DNA of 64,000 nt, taken from the IMG/VR virus record IMGVR_UViG_3300035212_003113, positions 186,001-250,000 of that record. One strand, given 5' to 3'. Position numbers and translations under genes: made by a program. Each line of letters starts with the position of its first letter. The first letter of the stretch is position 1. Shown piece by piece: positions 61,428 through 64,000 of this stretch. The notes below the pieces were generated by a model that saw only the letters and a program-made list of their open reading frames with translations, searched no databases and was not told the DNA's origin.

Positions 61428-64000
61428 ATGACTTTTAGACCGTATGCTGGCAAGGTACGCCTTGGCAACACAGATGTGTTTCTTGATATCTCAGAGCTGC
61501 AGGATGGCTATGTGCTATCGCGCGAAGGCTCAGAAATCGTCGCAACTCTTATCGGGCAGGATAAGCTTAGCCTAAGTGCTCCGCTTAATGATTCCGATGC
61601 AGCGACCAAAGCCTATGTTGACGCGGCCCTTTCTGGCGCTGTTTCAGATGGATATGTCGATCTTGAGGCTGAGCGCATTGCCCGCATTGCTGCGGACAGC
61701 TCGCTACAGGGCCAGATTGACAACATTGTATCAAATCTCGACCCGGCTGCGCTGGACTCGCTAACTGAAATCGTTGCAGCTTTCCAGGGAGCCGACGGCG
61801 ACCTGAGCACGTCCATCAGCTCGCTTGCAGCATCTGCGAGCTCTGCTCTGGCTGCAGAGACTGCAGAGCGCATTGCTCAAGACGGTTATATTTCTGCAGA
61901 TTTGGATGCAGAGATTGCCCGCGCCACGGCAGCCGAGGCCGCACTGGAAGCAGAATTGGCCACAGAAGAGGCTCGTGCTATTGCTGCTGAGGCACTGCTC
62001 CAGGCCGCGGTTGACGCAGAGGCTGCTCGTGCAGCTGCCGCAGAGGCAGCTCTGGCTGACGATATTGCCGCAGAACAGGCTGCTCGTATTGCTGGTGATG
62101 CAGCACTCGCCGCAGATCTTGATACTGAAGAGGCTCGCGCCCTCGCCGCAGAGGCAGATCTTGCTGCAGATATTACTGCAGAAGAGAACGCTCGCCAGGC
62201 CGCAGATCTTGCTGAAACCGCTGCCCGTATTGCTGGTGACGAGAGCCTTCAGGCGGCTCTGACGAGTGAGATAAATGATCGCCTTGCCGCAGACCTTGCT
62301 GTTCAGGCCGACCTGACCTCCGAGGTTAGCCGTGCTCTTGCTGCAGAAGCCGCAATTCAGGCAGAAGTTGATGCAGAAGAGGTAGCCCGTGCTGCCGGTG
62401 ACGCACAGCTGACGTCTGATCTCGCTGACGAGGTTTCCCGTGCAACCGCTGCAGAGACCGCTCTCCAGGGCGAGATCGACGCAGAGGAGCTTGCTCGCGC
62501 TGCTGCTGATACCGCTCTTGAGGCAGATATCGCAGCAGAAGAGGTACGCGCTCTGGCTGCGGAGGCAGCTCTACAGAGCGACCTCTCGGACGAGACCGCT
62601 GCCCGCATTGCTGGTGACGCAACACTGACTGCAGACCTGTCTGCAGAAGTCGTTCGTGCAACGGCTGCAGAGGCCGGCCTACAGAGCCAGATCAGCAGCA
62701 TTATCTCGAACGTGGATCCTGCGGCACTCGACTCCCTTACGGAGATCGTTGACGCATTCCAGGGTGCAGATGGTTATATTCTAGATTCGCTCGCTGCGCT
62801 TTCAAGCGGCACGAACTCTGCTCTCCAGGCAGAGATTGTTCGCGCAACTGCGGCAGAAGTTGCCCTGCAGGCAGCTATCGATGCAGAGGCTGCAGCTCGC
62901 GCAGCAGATGTTGACGCAGAAGAGGCCCGTGCTCTTGCGGCAGAAGTTGCCCTCCAGGCAGCCATTGATGCCGAGGCAGTAGCCCGCGCCGCTGACGTTG
63001 ATGCAGAGGAAGTTCGTGCCCTTGCTGCAGAGGCAGCACTGGCAGCCGATATTGCCACGGAAACTGCTCGTGCCACAGCGGCCGAGGCGGTTCTGACGGC
63101 AGATCTCGCTACAGAGGTTGCTCGCGCCACGGCAGCCGAAGGCGTTCTGACGTCAAATCTTAACTCCGAGATTGCTCGCGCTCTTGCTGCAGAGGATGCA
63201 CTCGACGCGGCAATCGCTGCCGAGACTGCTCGTGCAACGGCAGCAGAAGGCACGCTGACCGCCAATCTAAATAGCGAAATTATACGCGCCACGGCCGCCG
63301 AGCTGGCTCTTGATAATGCAATAGATGCAGAGGCAGCCGAGCGCGCAGCGCAGGACGGTTATCTTGCTGCAGATATTGCCGCAGAGGAGGCTCGTGCTCT
63401 GGCTGCTGAGGCCGCAGAGGCAGCTGCCCGCGCCGCCGCTGACGACGCGCTCGATGCTCGCCTTGACGGCATGGAGTCTGAGCGTAGCCAGATGGTACTG
63501 TTTGAGACGGCACCACAGGTTTATGCAGACGGTTCGCCTGGCTCGATTGATCCGATTGATGTCTCGCGTCTTCTGTTGTCGCCACCGCAGTCGCCTGTTC
63601 GCAATGGCTGGTATTTCCGCAACGCGGTAGCTAGCTCGAAGATCAACTGGTACCTGTTCGACGGTCTTGCGAATCCGGTAAAGGTCGGCAGCACGGCTGC
63701 GCCTGACCTTAATGGCTATATGGTCGTCACTGTTGACGGCAATGGTCTTTCGACCGGTCAAAACGTTCCAGTCTCTGGCCGTCCTTGGTTCTCGATGTAC
63801 GCAGGCACAAATATTGCTGCATTCCTGAATCGCGTAACCTTCCAGGTTCCATCGACAACCTCTCTCCCGGCCAAGACAAAGGTGATTCTTTACTTTGGTC
63901 AGGATCCGGGTGCCACGGTATATCCCGCCGATCAGACTCTGCAGCGCATTGCAATGACCTCTGTTTCTACCTCGGGTTCGCCTACGGCCGGAACGCAGGT
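61428..64000 (+). CDS. Fibre protein 3 (3'-truncated; absent from the ORF track)
   Basis: SD AGGAG, MTFRPYAGKVRLGNTDVFLDISELQDGY, coiled-coil stalk, then a different beta domain (GWYFRN...KINWYLFDG); open to the window edge. Confidence 0.9.
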   Translation, partial: MTFRPYAGKVRLGNTDVFLDISELQDGYVLSREGSEIVATLIGQDKLSLSAPLNDSDAATKAYVDAALSGAVSDGYVDLEAERIARIAADSSLQGQIDNIVSNLDPAALDSLTEIVAAFQGADGDLSTSISSLAASASSALAAETAERIAQDGYISADLDAEIARATAAEAALEAELATEEARAIAAEALLQAAVDAEAARAAAAEAALADDIAAEQAARIAGDAALAADLDTEEARALAAEADLAADITAEENARQAADLAETAARIAGDESLQAALTSEINDRLAADLAVQADLTSEVSRALAAEAAIQAEVDAEEVARAAGDAQLTSDLADEVSRATAAETALQGEIDAEELARAAADTALEADIAAEEVRALAAEAALQSDLSDETAARIAGDATLTADLSAEVVRATAAEAGLQSQISSIISNVDPAALDSLTEIVDAFQGADGYILDSLAALSSGTNSALQAEIVRATAAEVALQAAIDAEAAARAADVDAEEARALAAEVALQAAIDAEAVARAADVDAEEVRALAAEAALAADIATETARATAAEAVLTADLATEVARATAAEGVLTSNLNSEIARALAAEDALDAAIAAETARATAAEGTLTANLNSEIIRATAAELALDNAIDAEAAERAAQDGYLAADIAAEEARALAAEAAEAAARAAADDALDARLDGMESERSQMVLFETAPQVYADGSPGSIDPIDVSRLLLSPPQSPVRNGWYFRNAVASSKINWYLFDGLANPVKVGSTAAPDLNGYMVVTVDGNGLSTGQNVPVSGRPWFSMYAGTNIAAFLNRVTFQVPSTTSLPAKTKVILYFGQDPGATVYPADQTLQRIAMTSVSTSGSPTAGTQ

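Noticed and set aside
58467-63480. 54-bp periodic repeats as a possible CRISPR array or DGR template/variable pair
   Set aside because: Repeats are in-frame coding units without unique spacers; differences are mostly synonymous rather than adenine-specific, and there is no cas or reverse transcriptase gene in the window
58277-63761. Many long antisense and off-frame ORFs over the fibre genes
   Set aside because: Shadows of repetitive GC-rich Ala/Glu codons; no RBS and no independent motifs
1-64000. Alternative genetic code (stop reassignment) as in some large phages
   Set aside because: Conserved genes are intact and densely packed in code 11, and TAA, TAG and TGA all end genes

Overview
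The whole window reads as part of a large (probably jumbo) tailed dsDNA phage genome in the standard genetic code. I found no rRNA, tRNA, CRISPR array, integrase or IS. 1-15.4 kb is a replication/recombination/chaperone block: trigger factor, DnaE, UvsY-like, gp32-like SSB, RuvC-like, DnaJ, RecA, primase core, thioredoxin and two proteases. 15.4-21.7 kb is a mixed-orientation accessory block: KamA radical SAM, an Ig/LamG adhesin, Nudix and a sigma-region-4 protein. 21.8-53.6 kb is a long head-morphogenesis block: many hypothetical internal proteins, a CCA-type nucleotidyltransferase, TerL, portal, protease-scaffold, two decoration-like paralogs and the major capsid protein. It is followed by thyA-folA and a tandem array of modular fibre genes that runs off the right edge. 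The most interesting unexplained patterns are five. (1) A shared ~30-aa helical module and a pervasive hydrophobic-x-K-x-A motif across the head-cluster proteins and some enzymes, which together look like a capsid cargo address-and-release system. (2) A scaffold gene nested inside the protease gene with its own promoter motif and RBS. (3) A TGTAAK-N7-ATG leaderless promoter at four genes. (4) A DGY tripeptide strongly enriched in virion fibre proteins. (5) Mix-and-match N- and C-terminal modules in the fibre genes. All family calls come from motif recognition by eye, with no database search. Several starts were moved from the ORF track based on RBS or promoter position.
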